DNA of 64,000 bases from Bacilli bacterium (GTDB lineage Bacteria > Bacillota_I > Bacilli_A > ML615J-28 > CAG-698), in the NCBI GenBank assembly GCA_050174575.1, contig JBFXJT010000007.1, forward strand, positions 6,648 through 70,647. Reading direction: 5' to 3'. Position 1 is the first letter of the stretch. Every line of letters starts with the position of its first letter. The notes under the pieces are model-generated. The model searched no databases. It was given only the letters and a program-made list of their open reading frames with translations, and was not told where the DNA came from. This document shows, one piece after another, positions 62,807 to 64,000 of this stretch. Made by a program: the position numbers and the translations under genes.

Positions 62807-64000
62807 TTAGATGGTATTGTTAATTAATGGTTCTTTAAAACGGTAAGTCATAACTATAAAGGCTAACAAAGCTGCAGTGAAGCCCATAATACCACCAAAA
62901 ATAAATGGTGCTGAACCACCGAACCAACTCCACAAACCGCCCGCCAACAACGAAGCAAATAATAAACCAATGCCCTGACATGTTCCATATAACCCAATAA
63001 TGGTTCCTTTTGCTTCTTTTGGTGCATACTCCGTAATAAAGGCTTTCTCAGCTCCCGTTATGATGGCTTGATACAGCCCATAAATCCCAAACAAAATCAT
63101 CAATGATGTTTTTGATGTGAAAAAAGCAAAACCTAAGTAAACTATGCCATATAATAAATATCCTGGAACGACAAGTTTCCGACGTCCAATTTTATCGGAC
63201 AGTTTACCCATTGGTAAAGAAAAGATTGTTGAAACTAAATGATATACCAAATAAAGAAGTAAAACTGAACTAGCACTGTAACCAGCATCAGTTGCTTTAA
63301 GTAATAAAAAAGCATTGCTCGAATTGCCTAGACTAAATAACAACACGACAACCAAATACCAAGTGATCCTTGGGTTTAATTTAAGACCTTTTAAAGAAAG
63401 CCGATTTCCCCATTTCTTGTGGTCCTTCTTCTCTTTTACAAGTAATAAAAAGATTAACCCAATGACTGCAGGAATGATTGACAAAAGAAAGATTGTTTTA
63501 AAAGCGTCTATATCAATAATCGAATTGTCGTTGACTAATTGTTGATATAATAAATAAGCAACCAAAAGACCCAAACCAGCTCCGAACATGTCGAGCATCT
63601 TGTGGAGCCCAAAAGATTTACCTAATGTTGTTGTATCGCCTGATTCAGCAACCAAAGCATCACGCGGTGCCGTCCTAATACCTTTACCAATGCGATCGAT
63701 TAATCGTGCAATCATAATGCCAATCCAACTTCCGGAGAAAAAGAGAATTATTTTATAAAAAATGGCACTTGAATAACCTAAAAAAGCTAATCGTTTTTTG
63801 TTTTGATATTTATCACCAATATAGCCCGAATAAACCTTAAGTAAAGCTGCTGTGCTTTCAGCAAACCCTTCAATAACCCCAACGATGGGAACGGATGCAA
63901 AGGTCTGCAAATAAATTGTTACAAGGGGATAAACCATTTCTGTCGATAAATCAATAAAAAAACTGACAAACCCCAAAAAAAGAATATTGATAACTCCTCG
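62807..64000 (-). CDS. MFS transporter (5' end beyond window)
   Basis: The track start at 63976 is an internal TTG. The frame stays open to position 64000 (..RGVINILFLGFVSFFIDLSTEMVYPLV..). About 12 TM helices and MFS loop motifs (GKLSDKIGRRK). Confidence 0.75.
   Translation of the reverse strand, partial: RGVINILFLGFVSFFIDLSTEMVYPLVTIYLQTFASVPIVGVIEGFAESTAALLKVYSGYIGDKYQNKKRLAFLGYSSAIFYKIILFFSGSWIGIMIARLIDRIGKGIRTAPRDALVAESGDTTTLGKSFGLHKMLDMFGAGLGLLVAYLLYQQLVNDNSIIDIDAFKTIFLLSIIPAVIGLIFLLLVKEKKDHKKWGNRLSLKGLKLNPRITWYLVVVLLFSLGNSSNAFLLLKATDAGYSASSVLLLYLVYHLVSTIFSLPMGKLSDKIGRRKLVVPGYLLYGIVYLGFAFFTSKTSLMILFGIYGLYQAIITGAEKAFITEYAPKEAKGTIIGLYGTCQGIGLLFASLLAGGLWSWFGGSAPFIFGGIMGFTAALLAFIVMTYRFKEPLINNTI

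Noticed and set aside
1-64000. CRISPR arrays, IS elements, prophage or toxin-antitoxin/defence cassettes
   Set aside because: I scanned the intergenic regions and gene products. There are no repeat-spacer arrays, no transposase, integrase or recombinase, and no recognisable defence-system gene sets.
1-64000. Mollicutes genetic code 4 (TGA = Trp)
   Set aside because: Several well-supported genes end at TGA at the expected length (glgP, the S8 protease, the B12-binding protein, the glutathione peroxidase). Long ORFs are intact under code 11.

Overview
This is an AT-rich, low-GC Bacillota/Mollicutes-like chromosomal segment. TGA is used as a stop codon, the tRNAs encode their CCA ends, and many exported proteins are lipoproteins. 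About 55 genes are present, and all but three lie on the minus strand. I saw no rRNA, CRISPR array, transposase or integrase. Main blocks, left to right: (1) a membrane GGDEF protein, a GH9-like protein and a malQ-glgP-GH13 alpha-glucan operon. (2) A PadR-DUF1700-DUF4097 module and a BspA-type LRR lipoprotein. (3) A tightly packed 10-gene lysine fermentation operon (maoC-like, atoDA, kal, kce, kdd, kamA, P-loop gene, kamDE). It is preceded by a consensus promoter and a lysine riboswitch whose P1 helix shares nucleotides with the terminator, which predicts an ON switch. (4) speD-speE followed by a PAS-GGDEF-hemerythrin cyclase. (5) An S8 protease plus an Ig-domain lipoprotein. (6) A 15-kb fructan utilisation locus with an ABC importer, three GH32 lipoproteins, a non-catalytic 4-module binding lipoprotein, LacI and fructokinase. 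Two of the GH32 enzymes carry WMNEPH instead of WMNDPNG. The locus has a consensus promoter and two palindromic operators. (7) buk-leucine dehydrogenase and an amidohydrolase. (8) An unusual operon: UvdE::DUF1722-like fusion, a stand-alone B12-binding sensor-like protein and a MacB/FtsX-type ABC pair. (9) Housekeeping and miscellaneous genes. There are three tRNAs: Val-GAC, Ser-CGA and Ser-GGA. All family assignments come from motif recognition by eye; no searches were run.
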